This document shows, in pieces, positions 12,208 through 23,880 of a stretch of 64,000 bases of DNA. Numbering within the stretch: the stretch's first letter is position 1; every line of letters begins with the position of its first letter. The notes under the pieces are model-generated. The model searched no databases, had not been told where the DNA came from, and saw only the letters and a list, made by a program, of their open reading frames with translations. The DNA is from Macrostomum hystrix (lineage: Eukaryota > Animalia > Platyhelminthes), in NCBI GenBank assembly GCA_950097015.1, contig CATNEN010000003.1, forward strand, positions 6,572,001-6,636,000, in the 5' to 3' direction. Position numbers and translations under genes: made by a program.

Positions 12208-15200
12208 TCAACGAGTAAGAACAGTTACATTGTCATTAAAATGGACGCGTTTTATGGGGCGTTGTTGCACTTGAAAAACTGGGCTTATAACAGGGTTTGA
12301 ATTGGTCATCGAGCGCGTCTGGGGTGCAGGATCTGGCAGACGTGCCGGTTTGATGCGTTCGATTGATACCACTTGAGGTTTGCCCTTGATATCCAGGGTC
12401 ATTGTGTCAGCGGAACGGTGGACGACCTTGAAAGGGCCCTGATATGGTGCTTCCAATGGTTTTCTCACGCGATCTAATCGAAGCCAAGCAAATTCACAGG
12501 TTGATAGGTCGGACGGAAGGTGAACTGGTCGATGCTGCGTCCGTGGCAGTCGGTACGGGAAGAATAAACTGTGAAGGCTTTGTGCGAGTTTTCGATTGTT
12601 GGAATCGTCAGTAACGACTGGCGGAACAAGTGGTTGTTCGCCGGTTACGGTAGAAAAGGGAGAGTTACCAGTGTCATCCGGATGAATGCGCAGACCAAAA
12701 AGAACGACATTCAGTTGGGATAGCCATGAACGACCTCGTGCGCGAAGACTGGCTTTGAGAGAGCGATGAGAGCGTTCTATCATTCCGTTAGCTTTCGGAT
12801 TGTAAGCTGAGGTGCGGATGTGGTGAACACCGAGAAGGGTCACCAGGTCGGCCATCAGCTCTGAGCGAAACTGTGTCCCTTGATCAGTAACCAGGGTTAA
12901 TGGTGGTCCAAAGCGACAGACCCAATGGTCGACAAAAGCACGTGCGACTGCAGCAGCCGAAATGGTTTGCAGCGGAACGGCTTCAATCCAGCGAGTAAAT
13001 GAATCTATTACGGTAAGAAGGTAGCGGGGCTGCGGTGTTGATAAGTCGTCGGGCTCCGGAGGTGGAAGTGGTCCCACTAAATCCATGTGGACAGTCGTAA
13101 AACGCTGTGTGGGGCACGGTAGGAAATGAAGTGGGCGTTGAATGTGGCGCCCAACTTTGGCGGCTTGGCACTGGAGACATGAAGCTGTCCAATTCTGTAC
13201 GTCGGATTTCATACATGGCCAAAAAAAACGATGGCAAACTAGGCGTAGTGTGGCCTTGACTCCAGCATGTGCAATTTCGTGAAGAGCTAGGACGATCTGC
13301 CGACGTAGACTCTCCGGAACGAAAGGGCGAGGATTGGGTTGTGACGTCTCGCAGTAGAGTGGACAGTCAAGTAGACCAATGTCAAAAGGACTAAACTGGT
13401 CACCAGTTATTCCCATTTCTTTTTGTGCTCGCGCGATTGCCGGGAGGTCGGCAGGTAGTTGAATGATTGGGTTGTCTGCGTCTTCAATTACATTGACGGC
13501 GTATGTATCGGTGACATCGCGGGACAGAGTGTCAGCAACGACGTTTTTGGTGCCCGGGATATGTACAATTTCCGTGACGTATTCCGTGATGGTGGATAAT
13601 TGGCGTTGCTGTCGATCCGAGAGGCGTTCTTTGGTACTATGGAACGCGCCTATCAGTGGTTTGTGGTCGCAAAACACAGTTGTCGGATGACCATGAATGA
13701 GATGGCGCCAGGTTTTTACTGCAGCGAACACAGCCAGGAGCTCACGGTCGAAGGCGCTGTATGAGCATTCGGTAGTTGTTAGCTTACGTGAGAAAAACGC
13801 TATCGGTGAGGAGTTTCCTTCAACTACCTGATGAAGACTGGCACCAATCGCAAAAGAACTGGCGTCGGACGTTATGGTGAAAGTAGCTGTAGGATCAGGA
13901 AAGGCGAGGGTAACAGCGGAGGATAAACTATCCTTAAGTTTCTGGAAAGCTGCATCGTGGTGAGCAGTCCACTCGTAGGAGTCATCACTCAATGATCGAA
14001 GAGGTTGAATAATGTGGGCGTAGTTTGGAATGTGACGTTGATAGAAACCAAACATACCCAGTATTCTCTGTAGACTCTTGAAATCGCGCGGAGGTGAGAG
14101 TTTGCGAAGTGCGTCTAGACGAGATGGAATTGGTTGAATGCCTTGGGCAGAGATTAGGTGACCGAGGAATTCAATTTCCTTTTGAAAAAATTGACATTTT
14201 TCAGGATTTACTCGCAAGCCTTCATGGCGCAGTCTCTGTAAAACGGATTCCACATCCCTGTGGTGCTCCTCCTCCGATTTGCTGTGGATCAGGACGTCGT
14301 CAACATACGTGATTGCACAATCCAGACCACGGAAAAGGGAGTCGATGAACCGTTGAAATGTACTGCCGGAGTTCCGCAGGCCGAATGGCATCCTCGTGTA
14401 TTCAAAGGATCCAAAAGGGGTGCAAATCGCGGTTTTGGCAATGTCCTCCTCAGCCATAGGAATGAAGTGGTATGCCTTGACAAGATCCAGTTTGCTGAAA
14501 ACATTGCTGCCTCGTAAGTGGTGATGAAAATGTCGAAGATGAGGCAATGGATATCGGTCGGGAGTTGTTACGCTGTTAAGGGCGCGGTAGTCTCCACACG
14601 GTCGCCAAGATCCGTCGGGCTTCTTGACCATGTGGAGCGGTGAGGCCCACGGACTAGAAGACGGGCGAACGATGCCCATTTGCAGGAGCTTGTCAAATTC
14701 AGCTTTGGCAACAGCATACTTAGCAGGAGACAGTGGGCGAGGTTTGCAGAATACTGGTTTTCCAGTGGTGATGATTTGATGAGTCACTGGCGTTGCAGGA
14801 AGGACTGAGTAATCGGGCGAAGCCGTTAGATCAGGAAACGGCAATAGAACGTGACTAACTGGTGCGGCAGCAACAACATGAACAGAGGGAGGTATAAAAC
14901 CTTTGGTGTGTTCAAAACACAGTGGTGCGGAAAGGGAAGTGAGTGGGTCGCGGATGCATCTGGAACCCATGTCGATAAGCAGTTCGTATTGAGTCAAAAA
15001 ATCCGAGCCGAGTATAGGGGCCGTGTTAGCAATAATGAAATTGACACGAAACATACGCCGCAGGCCATTAATGGAGAATGTGACCGACGATTGACCATGC
15101 AGATGAATTTCGTGACCGCTGACTCCTCGGAGGCGGACGTTACAGGGAGATATGAGGTTGAGCGGAACGAAACTTGGAGGGAGCAGAGATCTCTCAGCGC

Positions 15201-15306
15201 CAGTGTCAACGATGAATTTAATGTCGGAACCAAAAACTTGTGCGGCAACAAGTGGCGTGGAGGCCTGCTTGTCGTCATGGCCCGGCCGTTGCACATGACT
15301 TACGCG
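12208..15306 (-). CDS. pol: Pol polyprotein (protease, reverse transcriptase, RNase H, integrase), probably made by -1 frameshift from gag
   Basis: FIVDTGAE protease, YVDD RT, TSDAS..ELLA..CDH RNase H, HHCC zinc finger, DDE core and GPF motif; uninterrupted; -1 frame relative to gag and no ATG upstream of the protease motif. Confidence 0.97.
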   Translation of the reverse strand, partial: RVSHVQRPGHDDKQASTPLVAAQVFGSDIKFIVDTGAERSLLPPSFVPLNLISPCNVRLRGVSGHEIHLHGQSSVTFSINGLRRMFRVNFIIANTAPILGSDFLTQYELLIDMGSRCIRDPLTSLSAPLCFEHTKGFIPPSVHVVAAAPVSHVLLPFPDLTASPDYSVLPATPVTHQIITTGKPVFCKPRPLSPAKYAVAKAEFDKLLQMGIVRPSSSPWASPLHMVKKPDGSWRPCGDYRALNSVTTPDRYPLPHLRHFHHHLRGSNVFSKLDLVKAYHFIPMAEEDIAKTAICTPFGSFEYTRMPFGLRNSGSTFQRFIDSLFRGLDCAITYVDDVLIHSKSEEEHHRDVESVLQRLRHEGLRVNPEKCQFFQKEIEFLGHLISAQGIQPIPSRLDALRKLSPPRDFKSLQRILGMFGFYQRHIPNYAHIIQPLRSLSDDSYEWTAHHDAAFQKLKDSLSSAVTLAFPDPTATFTITSDASSFAIGASLHQVVEGNSSPIAFFSRKLTTTECSYSAFDRELLAVFAAVKTWRHLIHGHPTTVFCDHKPLIGAFHSTKERLSDRQQRQLSTITEYVTEIVHIPGTKNVVADTLSRDVTDTYAVNVIEDADNPIIQLPADLPAIARAQKEMGITGDQFSPFDIGLLDCPLYCETSQPNPRPFVPESLRRQIVLALHEIAHAGVKATLRLVCHRFFWPCMKSDVQNWTASCLQCQAAKVGRHIQRPLHFLPCPTQRFTTVHMDLVGPLPPPEPDDLSTPQPRYLLTVIDSFTRWIEAVPLQTISAAAVARAFVDHWVCRFGPPLTLVTDQGTQFRSELMADLVTLLGVHHIRTSAYNPKANGMIERSHRSLKASLRARGRSWLSQLNVVLFGLRIHPDDTGNSPFSTVTGEQPLVPPVVTDDSNNRKLAQSLHSLFFPYRLPRTQHRPVHLPSDLSTCEFAWLRLDRVRKPLEAPYQGPFKVVHRSADTMTLDIKGKPQVVSIERIKPARLPDPAPQTRSMTNSNPVISPVFQVQQRPIKRVHFNDNVTVLTR

Positions 15307-15312
15307 TTTGGG
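15262..15312 (-). other. Predicted -1 programmed ribosomal frameshift signal
   Basis: Slippery heptamer C CCA AAC (15312-15306) in gag phase, 6-nt spacer GCGTAA, stem GUCAUG/CAUGAC, and loop GGCC able to pair with a downstream GGCC. Confidence 0.75.
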
Positions 15313-16190
15313 AGAGGTGAAGCAGAACGCGAGTGAGCCGGGGTCGATTGGCTAGGACGCAATACAGTTTTTGGTTTGTTGCCTGGCCACTGACACCATG
15401 GGCGGCATGTGCGGGCCTTGCTGGCATAGAAAATATGCGCATTACAAATCAGTGGACGCTGCTGCTGTCGCTTGTATCGCTCTTCTGAGGTAGTCTCTCT
15501 GCTGTTCCGGTTGTTGTCCGCATATGAGAGGCTTTGAATATCCACGAAAGGGGAAGGACGTCCGGTTACGGCGACCATGCCATCGGCGATCTTGGCAAAT
15601 ACATCTAACGGGCTGCTCTCGTGGGCGACCAAAGCACACCTGATGTTGGTTGGAAGCGCGGCGATCAAACGTGCCTTAACAATGGCGTCGTCCACCTGTA
15701 GCCCAACATCTGCAAAACGGCGTTGAATGTCGTTGACCAACTGAGTGGGTCGTCGCTGACCGAGTTCAACAGCCGCCAACGCCTCTTCAATGAGAAGGTG
15801 TCGATCCGCGCGGAGGTTGTTCAATACCGCGGATTTCAACTCTTCGTAATTAGTAGTGCCCGTGATATCACAAGCCACTTCATCGGGAAGGGCCGAAAGA
15901 GCATAGTGGTATTTGGTCGTAGAGTTGGTGATGCCAGATAGGACGAACTGGGATTCCAGCTGTCGGAACCAAGTTTCCGGATGCTTCCGGTAAAACATCG
16001 GAGGTCGTACTATGCTGCGGATTATTTCCTGATTCTGAGTAGCTGCAGGTGCGGGCGCGGGCACGGGCGCGGGCGCAGGCGCTGGTACTAGTACTGCTGC
16101 TTCGAGTGAATCCATTGCATTTCTGTGTCTTCCTGCAGCTGGTGTGGATTCAGGTCCGGTCTGGTGTTTGTTGCGCTTGCTACTAGGCAT
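15300..16190 (-). CDS. gag: Gag
   Basis: First ATG at 16190 just after the PBS; PPMFYRKHPETWFRQLESQF capsid-like motif; C-x2-H-x9-C-x3-C motif (CNAHIFYASKARTCRPWC). Confidence 0.93.
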   Translation of the reverse strand: MPSSKRNKHQTGPESTPAAGRHRNAMDSLEAAVLVPAPAPAPVPAPAPAATQNQEIIRSIVRPPMFYRKHPETWFRQLESQFVLSGITNSTTKYHYALSALPDEVACDITGTTNYEELKSAVLNNLRADRHLLIEEALAAVELGQRRPTQLVNDIQRRFADVGLQVDDAIVKARLIAALPTNIRCALVAHESSPLDVFAKIADGMVAVTGRPSPFVDIQSLSYADNNRNSRETTSEERYKRQQQRPLICNAHIFYASKARTCRPWCQWPGNKPKTVLRPSQSTPAHSRSASPLPNA

Positions 16191-16193
16191 CGT

Positions 16194-16208
16194 CACGCTC
16201 TGCTACCA
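16194..16208 (-). other. Primer-binding site for initiator tRNA-Met
   Basis: TGGTAGCAGAGCGTG, 2 nt after the 5' LTR; complementary to the CUCUGCUACCA 3' end of animal tRNA-iMet. Confidence 0.88.
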
Positions 16209-16210
16209 CT

Positions 16211-16451
16211 TGTGGCTCTTAGCCACAACAAATTAAGCTAAGGCGGTGAACTTGTATTTCTTTTAGCAGGGTTAAGAAGGGGAGCCTTGGCTCCCGTGGT
16301 CGGCTTTATTAGGTTGAGCTGGGTACAGTTAATCTATGGGAAAAAGGGAAGGCTAGTATTTCTTGGTGGAACAAGTGGGGTTGTCTATGGAAATAAAAGA
16401 AAGTTAGATGCGTAACTAAGTCTGAAATAAAAGTTCATTTTAGATGCTACA
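16211..16451 (-). repeat. 5' LTR
   Basis: Identical to 11955-12195; ends in the hairpin TGTGGCT-AAG-AGCCACA next to the PBS. Confidence 0.98.
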
Positions 16452-16939
16452 AGACCATAGCAACAGGTTATGAAAATCTAAACGAAATGGTTCTCTTGGC
16501 CATTATTCGAATACATATTTCATATTTGGCCAGCGAATAGGCCTTTGAGCCCTTAGCAACAAAATGCATGCTTTTCGTGACTATTCTTAACATCAAGCAT
16601 GCACATTTTGTAAATTTTGTGTTTCTTTTTTTTCTGCAGATGCAAATAGAAATATGCATATATTGCTACTTACCGGTTGATTTCGAGTAGTATAGCTTGT
16701 TCTAGTAGTTCCTTATTCGGTGAAATTTAGTTTAATGTCACATTTTTGCATATTTTAAATTTTCAAGTGTTTTCAACGTGATGTATAATACTGACCTACG
16801 AACTAATTATGCCATTTAATTCGATTTGAATGAAAAAATGGTTTATTAGTAAATCTTCAAGGCTAACCTTATGGTCTTTTAACTTTTAATCTTTTTTTCA
16901 GTCACAAAATATTTAAAGATTTATCCCCAATACCTCGGT

Positions 16940-17250
16940 GACTCTTTATCCATTTTACTCTACTAATACGAGTATAATAAGCTCGTATATTAGTTGGGTC
17001 TTTGTACATTAATCTCCTAATCCATCAATTTAGTCTTTGTCCATTACGTTCCTAATCTATCTGTGATTTTTTGTTCAGTACTCTACTAATCCATCAGCGA
17101 GTATTTGTCCACTACTCTACTAATCTATCAATGAGTCTTTATCCACTATTCTACTAGTCCATCAGTGAGTATTTGTCCATTACTCTACTAATTTATCATT
17201 GAGTCTTTGTCCATTGCCCTTAATGTGCAGATTATGAGTCTTTGTACATT
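16940..17250. repeat. Degenerate ~34 bp tandem repeat (CCATTACTCTACTAATCCATCAGTGAGTATTTGT)
   Basis: Several diverged copies. Confidence 0.7.
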
Positions 17251-17849
17251 TACATAAATCCTTTTTCTTGGGAATTGATTGGTTTTAATTTATATTTTCA
17301 GCCGCTAGCATTAAAAACATTTTTCGTTTTTTACCTGTCTCACAAAGGGAATGACTTTATAATCCGCTTTCCCATGACGTGTTTCAGTCAAAGGGTTCTA
17401 GGTGTCCAAGAAAACGATGAACAAAGCGAAAGTCAACGCTGCAGGCGTTTTCTTCTTTGACTTTGGAAAGATTTCAAAGTTGCAATCCGACAAGAAACAT
17501 AGACTTGATGAGCTTGTAAAATTTTCAGAATTTGTCACACAAACACCTCACATGACTTCTCCCATTGGTCTCATACACAAAGATCAAAGGTTTATGACCG
17601 TGCAATGGTGTATAGAGGACCGACCAACTGAAAAATTAGTTTCTGATTAGCCGGGCCAATGTTAACTCTGGTTGAGAGAACTTAAGAGTTAGGCCCTACT
17701 TGAAATTAATGAAATGTTTGAAACTGACAAGCTCTAGCCGTGTAGCCGTGTGATTACTTACTTTTCTGCTTTCGTTATCTGAGCTACGGATGCTGAGAAC
17801 GCTCGTACATGCACAAATCACACTGCTTGGCTTTAACCTTTCCTGGTTC

Positions 17850-18760
17850 ACTTCTCTCCTCTCTCTAACCTCTCTCCTTCTCCCCTCTCATTCTTCCTCT
17901 CTTATCTCTCCCCTGTTTTCCTCTTTGGTCTTATATTTCTCCTCTCTTCTATCTCCCCTCACCTATCTCCCCACTATTCTATCTCCCCTCTCTTCTATCT
18001 CCCCTCTCTTCTATCTCCCCTCTCTTCTATCTCCCCTTTCTTCTATCTCCTCTCTTCTATCTCCCCTCTCTTCTATCTCCCCTCTCTTCTATCTCCCCTC
18101 TCTTCTATCTCCCCTCTCTTCTATCTCCCCTCTCTTCTATCTCCCCTCTCTTCTATCTCCCCTTTCTTCTATCTCCTCTCTTCTATCTCCCCTCTCTTCT
18201 ATCTCCCCTCTCTTCTATCTCCCCTCTCTTCTATCTCCCCTCTCTTCTATCTCCCCTTTCTTCTATCTCCTCTCTTCTATCTCCCCTCTCTTCTATCTCC
18301 CCTCTCTTCTATCTCCCCTCTCTTCTATCCCCTCTCTTCTATCTCCCCTCTCTTCTAGCTCCCCTCTCTTCTATCTCCCCTCTCTTCTATCTCCCCTCTC
18401 TTCTATCTCCCCTCTCTTCTATCTCCTCTCTCTTCTATCTCCTCTCTCTTCTATCTCCCCTCTCTTCTATCTCCCCTCTCTTCTATCTCCCCTCTATTCT
18501 ATCTCCCCTCTCTTCTATCTCCCGTCTCTTCTATCTCCCCTCTCTTCTATCTCGCCTCTCTTCTATCTCCCCTCTATTCTATCTCCCCTCTCTTCTATCT
18601 CCCCTCTCTTCTATCTCGCCTCTCTTCTATCTCCCCTCTCTTCTATCTCCCCTCTCTTCTATCTCTCCTCTCTTCTATCTTCCCTTTCCTCTATCTCCTC
18701 TCTTCTATCTCCCCTCTCTTCTATCTCCTCTCTTCTATCTCCCCTCTCATCTCCGTCTCT
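17850..18760. repeat. Pyrimidine-rich minisatellite, 16 bp unit (TCTCTTCTATCTCCCC)
   Basis: Tandem copies. Confidence 0.95.
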
Positions 18761-19934
18761 ACCTGTGCCCCAATCTCTCCTTTATCTTTCCCATCATATT
18801 TTCAAACAGTGTTTTTACATTAAACCAAAAAATAGTTGTCAACTGGGGCCGGTGCCAAGTGTTTCTTACAATTTCTTTATTCTGTTGCTAGAATCTCTTG
18901 TGTTTGTGTGTATCTATGTGTTAGTCCACTCGAGCAAGTTTATACCCCAGTGAGAGCTATGTTAGATCCCAAGCTGAAGTGGAACTCCCAAATAATTTAG
19001 TCAATTGTTGTGACAAAAAAATTCTCAGTTTTTTTTTCCCAGTCTCTTATTCCTATTCGCGCCTCTGTTTTTAGTGAATTCCGCATCCTAAGTGTTGGTT
19101 GTTGTCTCAACTTAAACAAAAACTTTCATTCACAACTTCTACAAATAGTTTTATTTTGCTGCGAACCACTCCTGGCTCTCAAACTTTCACTGGCTGTGTG
19201 TTCCAGTGCCCTGGCATATCACAATATCAAATAATTCATAGTCTTATGTGCCACTTAAATCAACTTCTCTGCTTCTCGAAACCCACCTAAAACCCATTCT
19301 CCGTCAGTTTGGCATGGGTAGAGAAAATGGTAAAATAAAGGGAGTGGGGTATGTAAGTGGGAAAACGGTGGAAATGAAAATGTAACCAAAAAAAATTTTT
19401 GTGAAAACTTTACGGCAAACATATGGCAAACACAATGGTGTTATGGTGTTGGGAGGTTTGCTGCCGCTGCCGCTATTGGCTAAACTGTTGGGAATAATTT
19501 GTAAGTGGGCACTTAGACACCACTGTCAGTGAGGGGACACGGGACTAATTTCAGCTCTGCCATAGAGACACCTTTTCTTGAGTCCTTCAAAAATGCTAAC
19601 TAAGCTTAAAGTTAACTGATTCTAGTTTAGTTAAACTAACTTTTACAGCTGTGTTGCAAAAATATTGTGTGGAGAATAGAATGTGTGGGAGAATTTGGAG
19701 GCATTGACACGTCCAGTCCCTGACAGACGCACTTGAAGCATTTTCGTCAAATCTAATAGGAGTCAAAGTTGTTATGAGCGAAATTAGATATCTATTTTTT
19801 TTCTTCCACGGAATTCGCGAGCTGCAGCCCTTGTGAGTGGATTTTGGAGTGTCTAAAAAATAATATTGTGAGTGCGAGACACTCGGTACGAGGCAGCTAA
19901 GATAGGAGTACGCAGAGAGAGGGAGGGAAGGATT

Positions 19935-20625
19935 GATCTACTCCACTCTCCCTATCTACTCCACTCTCCCTATCTACTCCACTCTCCCTATCTACTCCAT
20001 TCTCCCTATCTACTCCACTCTCCTATCTACTCCACTCTCCTATCTACTCCACTCTCCCTATCTACTCCACTCTCCCTATCTACTCCACTCTCCTATCTAC
20101 TCCACTCTCCTATCTACTCCACTCTCCCTATCTACTCCATTCTCCCTATCTACTCCACTCTCCCTATCTACTCCACTCTCCCTATCTACTCCACTCTCCC
20201 TATCTACTCCATTCTCCCTATCTACTCCACTCTCCTATCTACTCCACTCTCCCTCTCTACTCCACTCTCCCTATCTACTCCACTATCTACTCCACTCTCC
20301 TATCTACTCCATTCTCCCTATCTACTCCACTCTCCTATCTACTCCACTCTCCCTCTCTACTCCACTCTCCCTCTCTACTCCACTCTCCCTCTCTACTCCA
20401 CTCTCCCTCTCTACTCCACTCTCCCTCTCTACTCCACTCTCCCTCTCTACTCCACTCTCCCTCTCTACTCCACTCTCCCTCTCTACTCCACTCTCCCTCT
20501 CTACTCCACTCTCCCTCTCTACTCCACTCTCCCTCTCTACTCCACTCTCCCTCTCTACTCCACTCTCCCTATCTACTCTCCCTCTCTACTCCACTCTCCC
20601 TCTCTACTCCACTCTCCCTCTCTAC
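19935..20625. repeat. Minisatellite, 18 bp unit (CTACTCCACTCTCCCTAT)
   Basis: Tandem copies; inverted relative to 22255-22630. Confidence 0.95.
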
Positions 20626-21754
20626 TCAGTCCTCAGTCTCAATTACCCAGCCTCTAAATTTCCCTCGCTACTCTCACCAACCAATCTCAACCAGTTAACC
20701 CCATTTTTTTCGTTGCCCAATCTGCTAGTGAGCTCAGGTCCACTCAGATTCTCCAGTCCACAGCAAGTATACATTTCCTATATCCTACACTTCTCTTTGT
20801 CATTTTGCTCAAAAGAATGGCCAATTCTCACAAGTGCCAGCAGGAAGCAATGTCCGATAATTACAGACTTCACTCAAAATCTCTTTGGCTTTTTCCAACT
20901 GTGTGAATACAACTTCAGAAAGTGTTACATACACCCTACCACTCCAGCCTCCACTTGCGCTTCTTGAGAATGTTATAAAAAAAATTTTTTTCTTCTTTAA
21001 GAACTCAACATGGCACGTTGTCAGGCTGTCCCAAAACTCCCCTACAACTTGATCCTCATTGCAATGGACATTCTGTGTGTCCAAGTAGGAACGGAATTTG
21101 AGGATTTCAAGTGATCTTTCTAAAAAGTTGCTAACAAGCCAAGCAAGAGGGATCCACCGGTCAGTCATGTGACAATTTATCCAACCCTTTGTTCCGCTGG
21201 TTGTATTACACGAGAGACCGGTTATTGAAATTATCAATTTCTACTTTGATAGTCTATAGAAAGCTATGAAAAAGACTTACTACTTTATATAGAACTTAAT
21301 TTTTGAAGGACACAAAGCTATTTAAGATCGGAAGTAAACTTTCTTCCATTTTTATTAATAAGCTTCATAATTCAATTTGTCCATCAGCTTTTAGACATTT
21401 TTCTTAACCCAATAAAAGCGGAAAATGTGTCAAGGACTGTGTGTGTGACGTCCATGACGGCTCAAATTTTTATTCCACACCTCAACTTTGTCGCTACGGC
21501 CTACAAAATTGACATTCTCCTTGACAACTCATGCTCGCATAGACGAAACACTGGCACTAGTCAGAACTCAATTGAGCAGAAAGATAAGTTTTATTATGCA
21601 CACAGACACTGCCTCTGTACAATATTGATCATTATTGATGACGTTGGCTTGAAAATATGGTCTTTCACTGCTGCCTGATATACATGACCCAATGCCACTT
21701 TAATTATCACTTCTGTTACCGCTTCCACTCTCACCCTAACTCTACCTCTCACTA

Positions 21755-22205
21755 TCCCCTCACTCCCTCACTCTCTCCCTCACTCTCTCCCTCACTCACT
21801 CCCTCACTCTCTCCCTCACTCACTCCCTCACTCTCTCCCTCACTCTCTCCCTCACTCACTCCCTCACTCTCTCCCTCACTCACTCCCTCACTCTCTCCCT
21901 CACTCACTCCCTCACTCTCTCCCTCACTCACTCCCTCACTCTCTCCCTCACTCTCTCCCTCACTCACTCCCTCACTCTCTCCCTCACTCACTCCCTCACT
22001 CACTCCCTCACTCACTCCCTCACTCTCTCCCTCACTCACTCCCTCACTCTCTCCCTCACTCACTCCCTCACTCTCTCCCTCACTCACTCCCTCACTCTCT
22101 CCCTCACTCTCTCCCTCACTCTCTCCCTCACTCTCTCCCTCACTCTCTCCCTCACTCTCTCCCTCACTCACTCCCTCACTCACTCCCTCACTCACTCCCT
22201 CACTC
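21755..22205. repeat. 12 bp repeat (CCCTCACTC[A/T]CT)
   Basis: Tandem copies. Confidence 0.95.
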
Positions 22206-22254
22206 AGAGAGAGTGGGTAGGGAGAGATACGGAGGTTAGATTAGATATGGAGAT

Positions 22255-22630
22255 TGGAGTCGAGAGGGAGAGTGGAGTAGAGAGGGAGAGTGGAGTAGAT
22301 ATGAAGAGTGGAGTAGATAGTGAGAGTGGAGTGGATAGGGAGAGTGGAGTATAGAAGGAAAGTGGAGTAGATCGGGAGAGTGGAGTAGAGAGGGAGAGTG
22401 GAGTAGAGAGGGAGAGTAGATAGGAGAGTGGAGTAGAGAGGGAGAGTAGATAGGAGAGTGGAGTAGATCGGGAGAGTGGAGTAGATAGGGAGAGTGGAGT
22501 AGATCGGGAGAGTGGAGTAGATCAGGAGAGTGGAGTAGATCGGGAGAGTGGAGTAGAGAGGGAGAGTGGAGTAGAGAGGGAGAGTAGATAGGGAGAGTGG
22601 AGTAGATCGGGAGAGTGGAGTAGAGAGGTA
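22255..22630. repeat. Minisatellite, 18 bp unit (GGGAGAGTGGAGTAGATA)
   Basis: Reverse complement of the 19935-20625 unit. Confidence 0.93.
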
Positions 22631-23439
22631 GAGACAAAGAAGCAATTGTACAGAGAACCATTGCTTAAAGTTGTCAACCTTAAACTCACACTCCAACAAA
22701 GCGATAAAGAAGAATTTCCCAGCGGACAGTGGACCAATTTGCACCTGTTTATTTTCAAGTTGGAGTTAATCGTTTTCTTAAATGGCTTGTCAAACGCGAG
22801 TCAAGTGTTAGCCATGAGTTGCACTGTGTGCTGATTGTTTTATCATGGATGATTTCAAACAATGCCATCCACATTAAGTGGGTGCGACCGTCCCAACTGG
22901 GTGGTCCTTTTTGGCAATATGTTGGCTATTATCCTATGCTCAGCGGGTTGAGCATAGAAGGCGGAGCTCCAGCGGCTTGAGTAGGACTCCACGCGTGTAG
23001 CCAGTTATGAGGATTTCAATTTTCGACTTTTTAAAAGTTTTGATCCCACGCACTGAATGGGCACTGACGTTCATCCTTTTGGTTAATTGTTTTTTGTTAC
23101 TACTAATCTTAATTGATCCATTTATTAATTATCTGCCGCGTGAGATCAAACTAAAGTCATTTATATGGTTTAGCATTGTCTATTATCCTATACTTTCTCA
23201 TTGTTAGTCGATTGCGTATACATGACATAAATTTAAGCCGATTAATTTATCCCCATGTGGTCTCTAAGCGAGTTAGCAAGGTGGCGGTCAAAGTCAGAAA
23301 AAATTATCAAATGCGGGCAATTTGTCTTCATTTAACTCGGTTTAAACATTTTCGTAATCGGATTTTATTTTGTCAGAATGGAAAATTGTCATGTGCAACA
23401 AATTATTTTGCAAACTCAAACAGGGAATTGTTGGACTGA

Positions 23440-23880
23440 AAGTTTCGGGTTTGAATGGGAAGTTTCGGGTTTAAATGGGAAGTTTCGGGTTTAAATGGGA
23501 AGTTTCGGGTTTAAATGGGAAGTTTTGGGTTTGAATGAGAAGTTTTGGGTTTAAATGGGAAGTTTCGGGTTTAAATGGGAAGTTTCGGGTTTCTGTAAAG
23601 GAAGTTTCGGGTTTAAATGGGAAGTTTCGGGTTTAAATGGGAAGTTTCGGGTTTAAATGGGAAGTTTCGGGTTTGAATGGGAAGTTTCGGGTTTGAATGG
23701 GAAGTTTCGGGTTTGAATGGGAAGTTTCGGGTTTGAATGGGAAGTTTCGTGTTTGAATGGGAAGTTTTGGGTTTCTGTAAAGGAAGTTTCGGGTTTAAAT
23801 GGGAAGTTTCGGGTTTGAATGGGAAGTTTCGGGTTTAAATGGGAAGTTTCGGGTTTTTGTGGGAAGTTTCGAGTTTTCAT
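23440..23880. repeat. Minisatellite, 20 bp unit (AAGTTTCGGGTTTAAATGGG)
   Basis: Tandem copies. Confidence 0.95.

Larger units (their letters stand above)
11955..16451 (-). mobile_element. Full-length Ty3/gypsy LTR retrotransposon (CsRn1/Kabuki-like, CHCC Gag)
   Basis: Two 241-bp LTRs (TG...CA) identical by eye, 4-bp TSD AGAC (11951-11954, 16452-16455), PBS, PPT, and intact gag and pol in PR-RT-RH-IN order. Confidence 0.98.
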
